A stretch of DNA of 64,000 nucleotides from an uncultured Candidatus Saccharibacteria bacterium (GTDB taxonomy: Bacteria; Patescibacteriota; Minisyncoccia; Phycocordibacterales; DATDWN01): contig CAYXWL010000014.1 of the NCBI GenBank assembly GCA_964468795.1, positions 22,376-86,375 of the forward strand, in the 5' to 3' direction. Each line of letters opens with the position of its first letter. The first letter of the stretch is position 1. The notes beneath the pieces were generated by a model, which worked only from the letters and a program-made list of their open reading frames with translations, did not search any database and was not told the DNA's origin. Below are positions 1 through 9,519 of this stretch, in pieces. The position numbers and the translations under genes were made by a program.

Positions 1-145
1 AAACTTCTCCAGCCTCATTTCCCAGCCCTAATGCAGGATAAATCACTTTGTATTTTTGATCGTACAATGCTGTTATAAGCGCTTTTTCTTGGTATTCGTT
101 CAAATTCATAGAATAAATGTTATCTTTCAATGATACCATTGACAT
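1..145 (-). CDS. MazG-like nucleoside triphosphate pyrophosphohydrolase, 5' part only (gene continues off the window)
   Basis: Minus-strand translation from ATG at 145: MSMVSLKDNIYSMNLNEYQEKALITALYDQKYKVIYPALGLGNEAGEV. The Y..A..TA.Y...YP.LGL.GEAGE pattern is typical of the MazG/NTP-PPase fold. AT-rich like the rest of the genome. Confidence 0.45.
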   Translation of the reverse strand, partial: MSMVSLKDNIYSMNLNEYQEKALITALYDQKYKVIYPALGLGNEAGEV

Positions 146-189
146 TCTTCTTTTTAAAGACGAAGGCCGGCCCTTTCGAGCCGACCGTA

Positions 190-852
190 TTACAGAACAT
201 TATGAGCCCTGAGCTCTCGGATTACCTCCTCGTGAATTTCTTCGCGAGAACGCATGAGACCACGATGGTCCGTGCACCGGATATGGATCCAATGCTCCGG
301 GTTACGTGCGATGAGCCACTGAGCAGACTTGTGCGAATTCTCGATGTATCGCGGATTGTTCTCCACAATATCTCGTGTCTTCGAATCCATGTTACGATGC
401 GAGACTGCCGGCGGAACATCAAGGTAAACCGAAATGTCAGGCCGAGGGATCTTGTACTCGCCGTACTCGAGCTGCTCGAGCCATGCCAAAAACTCGATCC
501 TCTTTTCCTCATTCTCGATCTTACCGCCCTGATGGATCTGGTTCGAGCTCGCATAGCGATCGCACAGGACATACACTCCGTTCTCAAGCTCGCGCTCAAT
601 CTGTGCCTTCGACGCCCATCTGTCTGCGGCGTACAACGGCGCAGCCAAATGCGGGTCGAGCTCGACGAAGTTGCCGTAGTCGCCTCGAAGCGCCCTTCTC
701 AGCTCCCTGCCGAAGAATGTGTCTTCATAGCGCGGGAAACTGATTCGCACGACAGGCCGACAGTCTTCGACCAGGTACTTGCGCAAAAGATCGGTTTGAG
801 TTTGCTTTCCTGATCCGTCATTGCCGTCGATCACGATCATCTTTCCCCGCAT
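190..852 (-). CDS. tmk: thymidylate kinase
   Basis: MRGKMIVIDGNDGSGKQTQ P-loop and dTMP-kinase layout. AGGAGG RBS 4 nt upstream of the ATG at 852. GC-rich codon usage. Confidence 0.8.
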   Translation of the reverse strand: MRGKMIVIDGNDGSGKQTQTDLLRKYLVEDCRPVVRISFPRYEDTFFGRELRRALRGDYGNFVELDPHLAAPLYAADRWASKAQIERELENGVYVLCDRYASSNQIHQGGKIENEEKRIEFLAWLEQLEYGEYKIPRPDISVYLDVPPAVSHRNMDSKTRDIVENNPRYIENSHKSAQWLIARNPEHWIHIRCTDHRGLMRSREEIHEEVIRELRAHNVL

Positions 853-974
853 GGAACCTCCTAACAAATAGACTATATAAATACACATCTTTAATCAAAT
901 TGACAAAGGTTAGAAATCTAGTAGAAATAGGTACTAGATGCAGCAATTCCGCTGCCCTATTGGAGTTCCTTTAC

Positions 975-2288
975 ATGACGATTTTAAGCAAAGCTGCTTC
1001 TGAGATCATCGTCTTCGACGATGTGAAGCCGGAAGCTAACGCCATGATGCTCGCGCTCTATTCACGCAGCCCCCAATCGGTGAACGTTCACCGGGAACGC
1101 GTCGCCAAGGTCGGCGCCGACAAGTTCATGGACCAGTACTACGTGGGCTACGGCCATCAGTCGATCGGCGACTGCGGCACGACCAACATCTGCTTCGAGA
1201 ACGTCTCAATGCTCGCGGCCAAGGCGGTTCAGAACAATCGCCTGTACAACGGTCAGGAAGCATCGACGCGCTACCTCGACATGGCCTCGCAAGCAGTTCT
1301 CAACCCGCTCGGCACTCATCAAGGAGCCGCTATCCAGGAAGAATGGATGCGGCTCTACCGCAGTGCTCTCGATGCACTCGTCCCCTTCCTCAAGGAGAAG
1401 TACACGATGAAGGAAGATGAGAAGCCGAAGGAGTATGAGAAAGCGATCAGCGCACGCGCCTTCGATATCGCGCGCGCATTCCTGCCTGCCGGCTGCACGA
1501 CGTACGTCGGCTGGCACTCGACGCTTCGGCAAGCATGGGATCATGTTCACGACATGCTCTTCCATCCACTCGAAGAAGTTCGAAGTCTCGCTGAGAAGGC
1601 ACTTGCCGAGCTGCGCGAGAAGTATCCGAACAGCTTCGGATTTGAGAGAAAGAAGGAGGTGGACCAGTACTACAGGACCGCTTCTTCTGTTCTCTACTAT
1701 TCTACGGAAGTAATCCTGAAGGATTTCTCAGTTAGCACTGCCAACTTCAGTAAACACACGATCAGTGAGCAAGAACAGCGGTTCCTCACTTATCGTCCTC
1801 GCAAGGCGGAAGTCCCTTCCTTCTTCGAGAAATTCGGAACAATCAAATTCAGATTCTACCTCGACTTCGGATCGTTCCGCGACATCCAGCGTCACAGGAG
1901 CTGTTATCAGACGATGCCGCTCCTCACCACAAGGCTTGGGTTCCACCCATGGTACCTGGAGTCACTTCCGGACAGCTTCCGACGTGAAGCAGAGCGAACG
2001 ATCGCAAAGCAGGGGGATGCGATCTCTTCGATTCAGGACCTGGCTGTCGCCCAGTACTACACCGCCATGGGATTCCAGGTTGCCTGCGAGCTCGTTGCCA
2101 GCCTGCCATCGGCAATCTACATCGCCGAACTTCGTTCAACACCGGCCGTCCATCCAACCCTTCGTCCGATCGCTCAGAAAATGGGTGCGGCGCTCAAGGA
2201 GCTCCTCCCGTACATGGCGCTTTACGTCAACAACTCGCCGGACGAGTGGTCAACGATCCGCGGCAAGCACGATATCGTCCAAAAGTAA
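975..2288 (+). CDS. thyX: flavin-dependent thymidylate synthase ThyX-like, long tandem-domain form
   Basis: N-terminal LALYSRS resembles the ThyX ARxCYS region. The first half has a degenerate ThyX signature (QNNRLYNGQEASTRY, compare QWFRHRIASYNELSGRY). The second half has an intact QRHR. The frame-extended ORF could start at 900 or 975; GGAG sits 9 nt before 975. GC-rich. Confidence 0.55.
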   Translation: MTILSKAASEIIVFDDVKPEANAMMLALYSRSPQSVNVHRERVAKVGADKFMDQYYVGYGHQSIGDCGTTNICFENVSMLAAKAVQNNRLYNGQEASTRYLDMASQAVLNPLGTHQGAAIQEEWMRLYRSALDALVPFLKEKYTMKEDEKPKEYEKAISARAFDIARAFLPAGCTTYVGWHSTLRQAWDHVHDMLFHPLEEVRSLAEKALAELREKYPNSFGFERKKEVDQYYRTASSVLYYSTEVILKDFSVSTANFSKHTISEQEQRFLTYRPRKAEVPSFFEKFGTIKFRFYLDFGSFRDIQRHRSCYQTMPLLTTRLGFHPWYLESLPDSFRREAERTIAKQGDAISSIQDLAVAQYYTAMGFQVACELVASLPSAIYIAELRSTPAVHPTLRPIAQKMGAALKELLPYMALYVNNSPDEWSTIRGKHDIVQK

Positions 2289-2294
2289 GAAATA

Positions 2295-2328
2295 ATCCCC
2301 CGAGAGCCATTGGCTCTCGGGGGATGTG
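2295..2328. terminator. bidirectional rho-independent terminator between convergent thyX and dcd
   Basis: Perfect hairpin cccccgagagcc-attg-gctctcggggg. Confidence 0.6.
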
Positions 2329-2343
2329 TGTTTGTCTAAAAAA

Positions 2344-3465
2344 CTACTTCCACTCAGCGAACTGCTTGCCGAGCTTCGGGCCGTTCTGAGTTCCGTACGT
2401 CGGACTCATCTGGTCGTAATGCTGTTCAGGGATCCGCAACATCTTCTCATAGCGAATCTTGGCGATTGGCTGCCCATCTTGGATGATGATGCCATTGTCG
2501 AATGACCTCACCTCGAGAGTAAGCGGCCTCCCATTGCCTGATCCGTCAACACCGATACCCCAACCCGGGTCGATGAAGCCGGCGTAGTGCGAGCGCAAAT
2601 CTCCGCTTCGCTCATCCATCGGCCTCATCTCGCATGCAAGGCTCTCAGGTACTCTTACATACTCTCTGCTCGAGAGAATGTAGAAGTTGCCAGAGCGCAG
2701 CGTTACAGACGACTTGCCACACACCTTGCTGACTGTCACCTCGCGAAAGAAATTCCGCGGGTCATAGTGTGCTTTGAGAGAAAGGTCAATCGCCTCGCCC
2801 GTCTCGATCGCCTCGTACCCAGGAACTTCGAAGTTGAGTCCGAGCGAGAGAAGGATTGATCCGTCGCCGTCGGTGTGAGTGATGTCGGAATAGATAAACC
2901 CCTTGCCTTTCTCGTCAGCAAGAAGACCACCACCCGACTCGAACATCATCGAGAGCTGGAGCTCATCGAACCTCGTGTCTCCATTGAAGAACCGAAGTTG
3001 ATTGAGCGCGAGTCCTGGCGACACCAAGACCGGAAAGGTCTTGGGCACCACAAGGAGCCACAACGGCCCCTGATACTTCTCGTTGATCGCGTCATACCTC
3101 GACGAACGATCCACAAGAAGCCGCACATGCATGTCCACTCGACCACTCGATGATTTCGGATTGGCGAATGCGTATGTGTGCGCCGGAAAGCGGGCAATGC
3201 GTTCTGCAAGTCGGATGCAATAACAGCACCCTTTCTCGAGAAGCACTTTCGCTCCCGTGAGTCTGATGCCGCCCACGCGCCTCATGGCTGCCGCGACTGT
3301 CTCATCGCAACCCGGCAAGAAAGCGCCGTTTACACGATACACTTCGTCAGTGATCGCAAGGTCGAGCGAGCCAGGCCGAACGTTGCGAGGATCAGCCTCG
3401 ACAATGAGGCTCTCCCGTAACAACTCGTGAATGGTCTCGCTTGGTAGGGCTCCGATTTTTCCCAT
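2344..3465 (-). CDS. dcd: 2'-deoxycytidine 5'-triphosphate deaminase, long two-domain DCD form
   Basis: About 370 aa with two dCTP-deaminase/dUTPase-like halves, matching the long DCD family. Start chosen at MGKIG (GGAGA RBS) rather than ORF start 3606. GC-rich. Confidence 0.55.
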   Translation of the reverse strand: MGKIGALPSETIHELLRESLIVEADPRNVRPGSLDLAITDEVYRVNGAFLPGCDETVAAAMRRVGGIRLTGAKVLLEKGCCYCIRLAERIARFPAHTYAFANPKSSSGRVDMHVRLLVDRSSRYDAINEKYQGPLWLLVVPKTFPVLVSPGLALNQLRFFNGDTRFDELQLSMMFESGGGLLADEKGKGFIYSDITHTDGDGSILLSLGLNFEVPGYEAIETGEAIDLSLKAHYDPRNFFREVTVSKVCGKSSVTLRSGNFYILSSREYVRVPESLACEMRPMDERSGDLRSHYAGFIDPGWGIGVDGSGNGRPLTLEVRSFDNGIIIQDGQPIAKIRYEKMLRIPEQHYDQMSPTYGTQNGPKLGKQFAEWK

Positions 3466-3517
3466 TATGTTGTCTCCAAAAAAGAAGATTGTTCTGAGCA
3501 CAAGACTAACACACCCT

Positions 3518-3550
3518 CCAAAATTAAAAAAGACCTCTTTCGAGGTCTTT
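3518..3550 (-). terminator. rho-independent terminator downstream of rplK
   Basis: aaagacctc-tttc-gaggtcttt followed by a T-run on the minus strand. Confidence 0.55.
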
Positions 3551-3562
3551 TTTAATTTGTAG

Positions 3563-3988
3563 TTATCCCTTGATTTCAACTCCCATGCTTCGTGCAGATC
3601 CTGCAATGATCTTCATTGCTGCATCGATGTCGTTAGCGTTGAGATCTGGCATTTTCTTTTCTGCGATCTCCTTGAGCTGGGCCTTTGTGATAGAGCCAAT
3701 CTTTGAGACTGCATTCTTTCCTGATCCCTTCTCCTTACCCATAGCCTTTAGAATAAGTGCTGATGCTGGAGGAGTCTTTAGGATAAATGTGAATGTTCGG
3801 TCCTCGTATACTGAGATTTCAACTGGAACAACATCCCCCATCATCTTTGCTGTAGCATCGTTGAACTGCTTTACGAATTCACCGATGTTAACGCCAGCCT
3901 GTCCGAGGGCAGGTCCAATAGGAGGGGCGGGGTTAGCCTTTCCTGCCTGGATGACGAGTTTTAGCTTTTTTGTAATTTTCTTTGCCAT
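3563..3988 (-). CDS. rplK: 50S ribosomal protein L11
   Basis: [35 protein letters not shown], a canonical L11 N-terminus. Confidence 0.95.
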   Translation of the reverse strand: MAKKITKKLKLVIQAGKANPAPPIGPALGQAGVNIGEFVKQFNDATAKMMGDVVPVEISVYEDRTFTFILKTPPASALILKAMGKEKGSGKNAVSKIGSITKAQLKEIAEKKMPDLNANDIDAAMKIIAGSARSMGVEIKG

Positions 3989-4160
3989 GTTTTTAGCTCC
4001 ACTACTTTATTATAAAAACCTATAAAATGCAAGGGTCTAGAAACTTTCATAATTTGGATGAAATCCGAGGCGGACGAGGAAAATGTTTCGAGCCTTATTT
4101 GAAATAAGGTGAGAAATATTTTACCGAAGTCCAACAAAGGAGTTCGCCAAATTTGGAAGT

Positions 4161-4706
4161 TTATATCTTTTTTACCTGAAGGAAATCTAGCTCTACCGGC
4201 GTTTCTCGGCCAAACATAGCCACCAAAACCTTAACCTTTCCTCTCTCTTCATCAACTTCAGAGACCTTGCCTTCTAGATCCTTGAATGGACCGTCGACTA
4301 TCTTGATAGCATCGTTAAGCTGAAGATCTATTTTGTGCTTAACCTCGTGAGCATTCATTCTTGAGAACAGCTCATCAATCTCTTTCTTTGCGATGGGTAC
4401 AGGATAAACTCCAGAACCTACGAATCCTGTTACTCGAGGAGTATTTCTAACCACATACCACGAATCCTCTGTTACGATCATGTCTACCAAGATGTATCCA
4501 GGGTAGATCTTCTCCTCCTCCTCTACTCTCTTTCCGCCTTTTATCTTGATCTTCTTTTCGGTAGGAACGATTACGTTAAAAATCTTATCTTCCATTCCCA
4601 AAGACTCGATTCTCTGCTTGAGATTTCGCATCACTGCGTTCTCGTATCCAGCGTATGTATGGATAACGTACCAATTACGACCTGTATCTAAGTGTTGTTT
4701 TGACAT
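4161..4706 (-). CDS. nusG: transcription termination/antitermination factor NusG
   Basis: NGN plus KOW architecture (WYVIHTYAGYEN ... KIVDGPFKDLEGKV). Sits in the secE-nusG-rplK arrangement. Confidence 0.9.
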   Translation of the reverse strand: MSKQHLDTGRNWYVIHTYAGYENAVMRNLKQRIESLGMEDKIFNVIVPTEKKIKIKGGKRVEEEEKIYPGYILVDMIVTEDSWYVVRNTPRVTGFVGSGVYPVPIAKKEIDELFSRMNAHEVKHKIDLQLNDAIKIVDGPFKDLEGKVSEVDEERGKVKVLVAMFGRETPVELDFLQVKKI

Positions 4707-4710
4707 GAGC

Positions 4711-4890
4711 TTATATTACAAATTTACCAATAAATAGCTTCAATAGAAAATCAAAGAAACCAAGATAGAAAGCTACGAACACTGAAACTAGAACAACAAC
4801 TACTGTAAAAGCAATAGCCTGTGCCCTAGAAGGCCAGCTTACGTGGTTCAGCTCAGACTGTGTTTCCTTTAAGTATGATATTAAGCTCAT
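4711..4890 (-). CDS. secE: preprotein translocase subunit SecE
   Basis: 59-aa ORF MSLISYLKETQSELNHVSWPSRAQAIAFTVVVVLVSVFVAFYLGFFDFLLKLFIGKFVI immediately upstream of nusG. Below the ORF-track size cutoff; read manually. Confidence 0.75.
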   Translation of the reverse strand: MSLISYLKETQSELNHVSWPSRAQAIAFTVVVVLVSVFVAFYLGFFDFLLKLFIGKFVI

Positions 4891-4971
4891 TTTATTGTAG
4901 TTATCTTTACTAAAAAACCCCTTCCCGGGGAATCGATTACAATAATACTCTTATTTACAAAATATGTCAAT

Positions 4972-6453
4972 CTATTTTGCACAACCATTTGCGCAACTAG
5001 TTAATGTAGCCGGAGGAGTTATATCAATAACATCCCCTTCCTGAAGTCCGGAAAGGATCTCTACATATCCATCACCGCTTTTAAGGCCAAGGCTTACTGG
5101 CGATAGCACGAATTTATCTCCAACTTTCTTCAAAACAGAAGAATTTTCTTTAGTATCAACTATTGAAAAAAGTGGAATAGAAATAACCTTGGATTTCTTA
5201 TCAGTTACAATGGTCAAGCGCGCTGTAAGACCGCTTTTCAACTCCGAATAGACTTTTTCGAATGCAATGCTGACTTTATAATTTACAACTCCGTCAATCA
5301 GAACTTCGCTAGGCTCTATATATGTTACCGTACCAGCATATTCATTGTCTGGAAACGCATCGAAAGAAATGCTGACTGGATCGCCGATTTTAACCTTTGC
5401 AATATTAATCTCTGAAACATATCCTTCTATTTCCATATTGCTATCGGATATCACCGTAACCAGTGTACGTCCTGGATTTACAATCTGCCCGACTTTTGCG
5501 TCCTGCGTTGTAACAAGCCCAGTTTGTGGCGATTTCAAAACCATTTTATTCATCTCTGAATAAATAGATTGCAATTGACCTTGATCTTGCACCACCCGAG
5601 CAACCTGGGCTTTTATAACTTCCGGAGTATTTCCGCTTTTTACCAAAATAAGTTTCTTCTTTGCCAGAGCTAGACTGGACCTTGCATCAGTAAGAGAAGA
5701 CTTGGCTGATATCAAAGTTGATCGTGCTGAGGATAAAGAGCTTCTATAAGTTGCCAAAGTTGTCTCTGGATAATTTGCACTTGGAGTCTGACTATTAACC
5801 GCTTTTGCAATTTTTTCAATGAAAGACGTAACTTGTTGCAAGCTATCATCTATCCTATCTTTGCTCCACTGTGAAAGTAGTAACTCGATATGCACCCTGT
5901 CTGTTCCGAGAGAATCTTTTAACTGACTATCTGCTAGAGGCAGGTTGAACTGAGGTGTGCTTGTATGTGGATTGCTGTATAAGTTATCAACCGTATTGCT
6001 GATTATATCCCTCACCTTGTCCTCCAAACTTTTTTCTGCATCTGAAAGTGCGCTCTCGGCATTACTTAATTCTGTTTCACTGACTGAAACCTGCTCAAAT
6101 GTAGCCCCTTTTCTCAAATTCTCTAAAATAGCCTGATCGGCCGCAACTATAGCTTTAGCTCTCATGACTTCTGCTTTCAATTCACTATCATCCAGATAAA
6201 CCAAAACATCACCTTTTTCAACATGACTGCCGACTTTCACAGAAGTGCTTGCAACCTTTCCACTAACTTCAAAACCCAAATTGACTGATGTTGCAGCTTT
6301 TGTCTTGCCGTTCACTATTACCCTCTGCACTATATCCCCAACCACAATCTTGTATTCAGTATGCTTTTCCTCTTTTGCAGTAATTTTTTTATAGCCGAAA
6401 AAGGCCCCAAAAATAAGTATTGTGAAAAAGATTAGATAAAGAACTTTTTTCAT
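4972..6453 (-). CDS. HlyD-family periplasmic adaptor (MacA-like membrane-fusion protein)
   Basis: N-terminal TM anchor, long coiled-coil section and beta-barrel/lipoyl-like segments. First gene of an operon with ABC ATPase and permease. Confidence 0.75.
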   Translation of the reverse strand: MKKVLYLIFFTILIFGAFFGYKKITAKEEKHTEYKIVVGDIVQRVIVNGKTKAATSVNLGFEVSGKVASTSVKVGSHVEKGDVLVYLDDSELKAEVMRAKAIVAADQAILENLRKGATFEQVSVSETELSNAESALSDAEKSLEDKVRDIISNTVDNLYSNPHTSTPQFNLPLADSQLKDSLGTDRVHIELLLSQWSKDRIDDSLQQVTSFIEKIAKAVNSQTPSANYPETTLATYRSSLSSARSTLISAKSSLTDARSSLALAKKKLILVKSGNTPEVIKAQVARVVQDQGQLQSIYSEMNKMVLKSPQTGLVTTQDAKVGQIVNPGRTLVTVISDSNMEIEGYVSEINIAKVKIGDPVSISFDAFPDNEYAGTVTYIEPSEVLIDGVVNYKVSIAFEKVYSELKSGLTARLTIVTDKKSKVISIPLFSIVDTKENSSVLKKVGDKFVLSPVSLGLKSGDGYVEILSGLQEGDVIDITPPATLTSCANGCAK

Positions 6454-7283
6454 AATAATTTATTGCGCACAGGAATCAGGGCTGGCAAGTCAGATTGTGA
6501 TCCTGATGTTGATTTAATTATATCAGAAATTATTTTTCCATCCGACAAAGTTATTACCCTATGCGCCATTTCAGCATAATCCTTCTCATGAGTAACCATG
6601 ATGATAGTTTGGCCGGCCCGATTAAGTTCGAGAAAAGTCTGCAAAACAATATGAGACATTTCAGTATCAAGGTTTGCTGTCGGCTCGTCGGCAAAAATAA
6701 TATCAGGATTGTGTGCAATAGCTCTTGCAATAGATATTCTCTGTTGTTGTCCACCAGAAAGCTGGTTTGGAAGAGAATATGCCTTGTCACCCAAACCGAC
6801 TTTGACCAAAGCTGATTGAGCAGCTTTCAAAGCTTCGCTTTTAGGTTCGCCGAGCATTAGCAAAGGAAGCATTATGTTATCAATCGCGCACAAATCTGGG
6901 ACCAACGCATAATCCTGAAATATATAGCCAAACTTATTTAACCGAAATGCCGTTCTTTTGCTACATATTTCAGTTAAATAAGTTTGGCTAAATATTTCAG
7001 GATTATGCAATATATAGCCAAACTTATTTAACCGAAATGCCGTTCTTTTGCTACTGCTTAAATGCGAAACATTTATATTATCAATGATAATCTCTCCACT
7101 ATCAGGTTCATCAAGCAAGCTTAGCTGATAAAGCAGTGTAGATTTTCCAGAACCTGATTTACCAGTAATAGACATGAATTGCCCCCGTGGCAATGATAGG
7201 TTTAAATTATTTAACACCACCAATCTCCCCGCTCCGGATAAATAAGACTTGGTCAGATTTTTTACGTCAATTATATATTCCAT
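6450..7283 (-). CDS. ABC transporter ATP-binding protein (MacB/LolD-like) carrying a 30-aa in-frame duplication
   Basis: Walker [10 protein letters not shown], signature [14 protein letters not shown], Walker B IIFADEP. An internal duplicated [14 protein letters not shown] segment is encoded by a palindromic DNA rearrangement at 6905-7053. Confidence 0.8.
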   Translation of the reverse strand: MEYIIDVKNLTKSYLSGAGRLVVLNNLNLSLPRGQFMSITGKSGSGKSTLLYQLSLLDEPDSGEIIIDNINVSHLSSSKRTAFRLNKFGYILHNPEIFSQTYLTEICSKRTAFRLNKFGYIFQDYALVPDLCAIDNIMLPLLMLGEPKSEALKAAQSALVKVGLGDKAYSLPNQLSGGQQQRISIARAIAHNPDIIFADEPTANLDTEMSHIVLQTFLELNRAGQTIIMVTHEKDYAEMAHRVITLSDGKIISDIIKSTSGSQSDLPALIPVRNKLL

Positions 7284-7286
7284 ATT

Positions 7287-8570
7287 TTATTTTCCTAAAA
7301 TGGCTTCGAGAGTATTTTGTTTTACGACCAATCTAGCCGGGATATACCCAGCTATTACCGTGACCACAATAAGCCAACCTGCTCTTAAAAGAGTTCCGCT
7401 ATAAGGAGCCACTACTATTCCGTCGCTAAACGGAAAATTAATCGGATGATTGTTTAGATAAGGTATGATGAAAAAATAAAGCACCAACATACCCAAAGAT
7501 GTTCCGATTACTGCATAAAATAGTGACTGGAGCATATAGGCAATTTCAATCGCTGTTGCATGGATGCCTATGGCCTTTAGTATTGCTATATACTTCCTGC
7601 GAGATATGGCATTTATATAAATAACAATAAATATAGTAATAAAAGCAACAACAATGCTGATTGAGCCCATAAGATCTCCGACATAGCTAAAAGTTGCAGC
7701 TACGTCTTTTACCCACTTTGGCAGAGCCTCATAAGAAGTCTGGATTTTTGCAAATCTTCCTATGCCGGCCTTTTTTAAAGCAAGCTGGACCATTTTTGGA
7801 TCTGTTCCTGGAGCAATTTTTATAGAAATTTCACCTACGTTGTAATCAACCTTTCCCATGAGCTCCCTCATAGTTTTTTGTGTGACATAAACTCGCTGAT
7901 CAACATCCCCCACCTTACTACTTAATACTCCTTTGACTGTCATCTCCTTTGTGTTGTTTCCAATCGTAACCCTAACTTTAGATCCAACATCAACATCAGA
8001 AAGCATGCTGATCCCTGGCAATTGTATAGGAGAATAATTATTGAGCAGGTTCGCACCAATAAGCAGGTAGTCATTGTCATCTTCTGATAAGTAAGTTCCG
8101 CTCACAAGATTTCTACTGAGTTCCGTAGTTAGTTCCTCTTTTCTTGGATTAATTCCGGCAATAGAAATAGTCGTAGAATTCGGCTTGTCGTTATAATTTT
8201 CTCTCTGCTTGTAAGTACCCTCGACTGTGCCTAGATGCACATATCTTGAAGAATACGCAACAGTCCACGGCATATTAGTAATTGTATTTTCAATCTGAGG
8301 CGAATTCTCGATAAAATACTTATTACTTAGATTGGATAAAATTATATCGCTGTGGTATCTCTCCCTGTAAATATCCATTGCGCTATCTGCAAGACCGACC
8401 AAAAAACCCTTAATGACGATAAAATTTATAAATGTCATCATCATTATAAAAATAATGAGAAAAGTTGTTCCCATTCGGCTATGCCTTATTTGCCTGACAA
8501 CTAGAAACCAGCCGATTTTAAATGATAGAAATAAATTTTTTATAGGCATTGCTTTTTTATATTGTATCAT
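7287..8570 (-). CDS. ABC transporter permease, FtsX/MacB-type
   Basis: N-terminal TM, large periplasmic domain and a C-terminal 3-TM FtsX-like region. Exact start is ambiguous (M at ORF start or MPIKNL). Confidence 0.75.
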   Translation of the reverse strand: MIQYKKAMPIKNLFLSFKIGWFLVVRQIRHSRMGTTFLIIFIMMMTFINFIVIKGFLVGLADSAMDIYRERYHSDIILSNLSNKYFIENSPQIENTITNMPWTVAYSSRYVHLGTVEGTYKQRENYNDKPNSTTISIAGINPRKEELTTELSRNLVSGTYLSEDDNDYLLIGANLLNNYSPIQLPGISMLSDVDVGSKVRVTIGNNTKEMTVKGVLSSKVGDVDQRVYVTQKTMRELMGKVDYNVGEISIKIAPGTDPKMVQLALKKAGIGRFAKIQTSYEALPKWVKDVAATFSYVGDLMGSISIVVAFITIFIVIYINAISRRKYIAILKAIGIHATAIEIAYMLQSLFYAVIGTSLGMLVLYFFIIPYLNNHPINFPFSDGIVVAPYSGTLLRAGWLIVVTVIAGYIPARLVVKQNTLEAILGK

Positions 8571-8600
8571 TTATTTTATGCATCTAAAGTAGACAGCATT

Positions 8601-8632
8601 AAAAAAACAAACCCTTTCGGGTTTGTTTTTTA
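8601..8632 (-). terminator. rho-independent terminator
   Basis: aaacaaaccc-tttc-gggtttgttt hairpin followed by a T-run, downstream of the 8641-9462 gene. Confidence 0.6.
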
Positions 8633-8640
8633 AATATCTT

Positions 8641-9462
8641 TTATTCGATTTCGTACACAATCGTTACGCTTGAAGTGATTTTATTTTCACCTGTTGGCAG
8701 TGAAGGTGCTGCTTTGCTTTGCATTACTGCTGGCTGTGCCATGCCTGCAACATCGTATCCTGCATACATAGGTATAGGCTGATCTCCGTTTTCATAGAAG
8801 TTTACAACTTTCTTTAACTTCACCTTGAGAGACTTCGACAAAGTTGATGCGTTTGCTTTTGCATCTGCAATAGCCTTATCTCGAGCTTGAATTTTAAGCG
8901 CATCTACGTCGTCCACTGTAAAGCTTAGTCCGCTTATATTTGAGACTCCCAATTCTCCGACTTTGATTAGAACATCGCCAGCCTTATCTGTATTTCGGAC
9001 TTTAACAGTGATTGTTTCATCAACTTCGTAGCCAGTTAGAACCTGCTTTCCAGGAGGAGGACAGTAACCACCAGCACAGATAGTACCTTGAGAAGTCTGA
9101 TACTCATACTTTGGATAAGAATTGTATCCAGAAGTTTGAATATCCTTTTCTTCTATACCCAAGGCCTTGAGCGCAGCGAGTACAGAATTTTCTTTTGCTG
9201 CAGCAAGATCCTGAGCGGCTTTTACTGTCTTGCTAGATTCCATAATGCTGAAAGAAAAAGTCGCAATATCTGGCTTTGCCATCACTTCCCCTTTGCCATT
9301 AACTGAAATGACGTTGGAGGGATAAACCCCCTTGCCTATGTATGCTAACTCTTTTATTGCGGAAAGAGATTTTACTCCTAAAAATACAGCAAGAAGAACG
9401 ACAACTGCCATAACTACTCCGTATAATCTTTTTTTTTGTGTACTGTCTAAATATTGATCCAT
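8641..9462 (-). CDS. SIMPL/DUF541-domain periplasmic protein (YggE-like)
   Basis: N-terminal TM anchor. Pattern VNGKGEV...TFSFSI...GYNSYPKY...TVKV resembles SIMPL-family proteins. Confidence 0.5.
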   Translation of the reverse strand: MDQYLDSTQKKRLYGVVMAVVVLLAVFLGVKSLSAIKELAYIGKGVYPSNVISVNGKGEVMAKPDIATFSFSIMESSKTVKAAQDLAAAKENSVLAALKALGIEEKDIQTSGYNSYPKYEYQTSQGTICAGGYCPPPGKQVLTGYEVDETITVKVRNTDKAGDVLIKVGELGVSNISGLSFTVDDVDALKIQARDKAIADAKANASTLSKSLKVKLKKVVNFYENGDQPIPMYAGYDVAGMAQPAVMQSKAAPSLPTGENKITSSVTIVYEIE

Positions 9463-9519
9463 GAACTTTATATTAATAATAATTATGCTATTTATGTAGA
9501 CATAATTATCGCATATTTA

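Noticed and set aside
130-2295. Numerous antisense or overlapping ORFs in the track (130-813+, 222-599-, 375-743+, 1206-1565-, 1417-1713+, 1728-1946-, 1765-2295+, 1924-2157-, 2587-3420 set)
   Set aside because: They lie inside or opposite tmk, thyX and dcd, which have clear motifs. High GC depletes stop codons and produces long shadow ORFs. Their products are low-complexity and Arg/Ser-rich.
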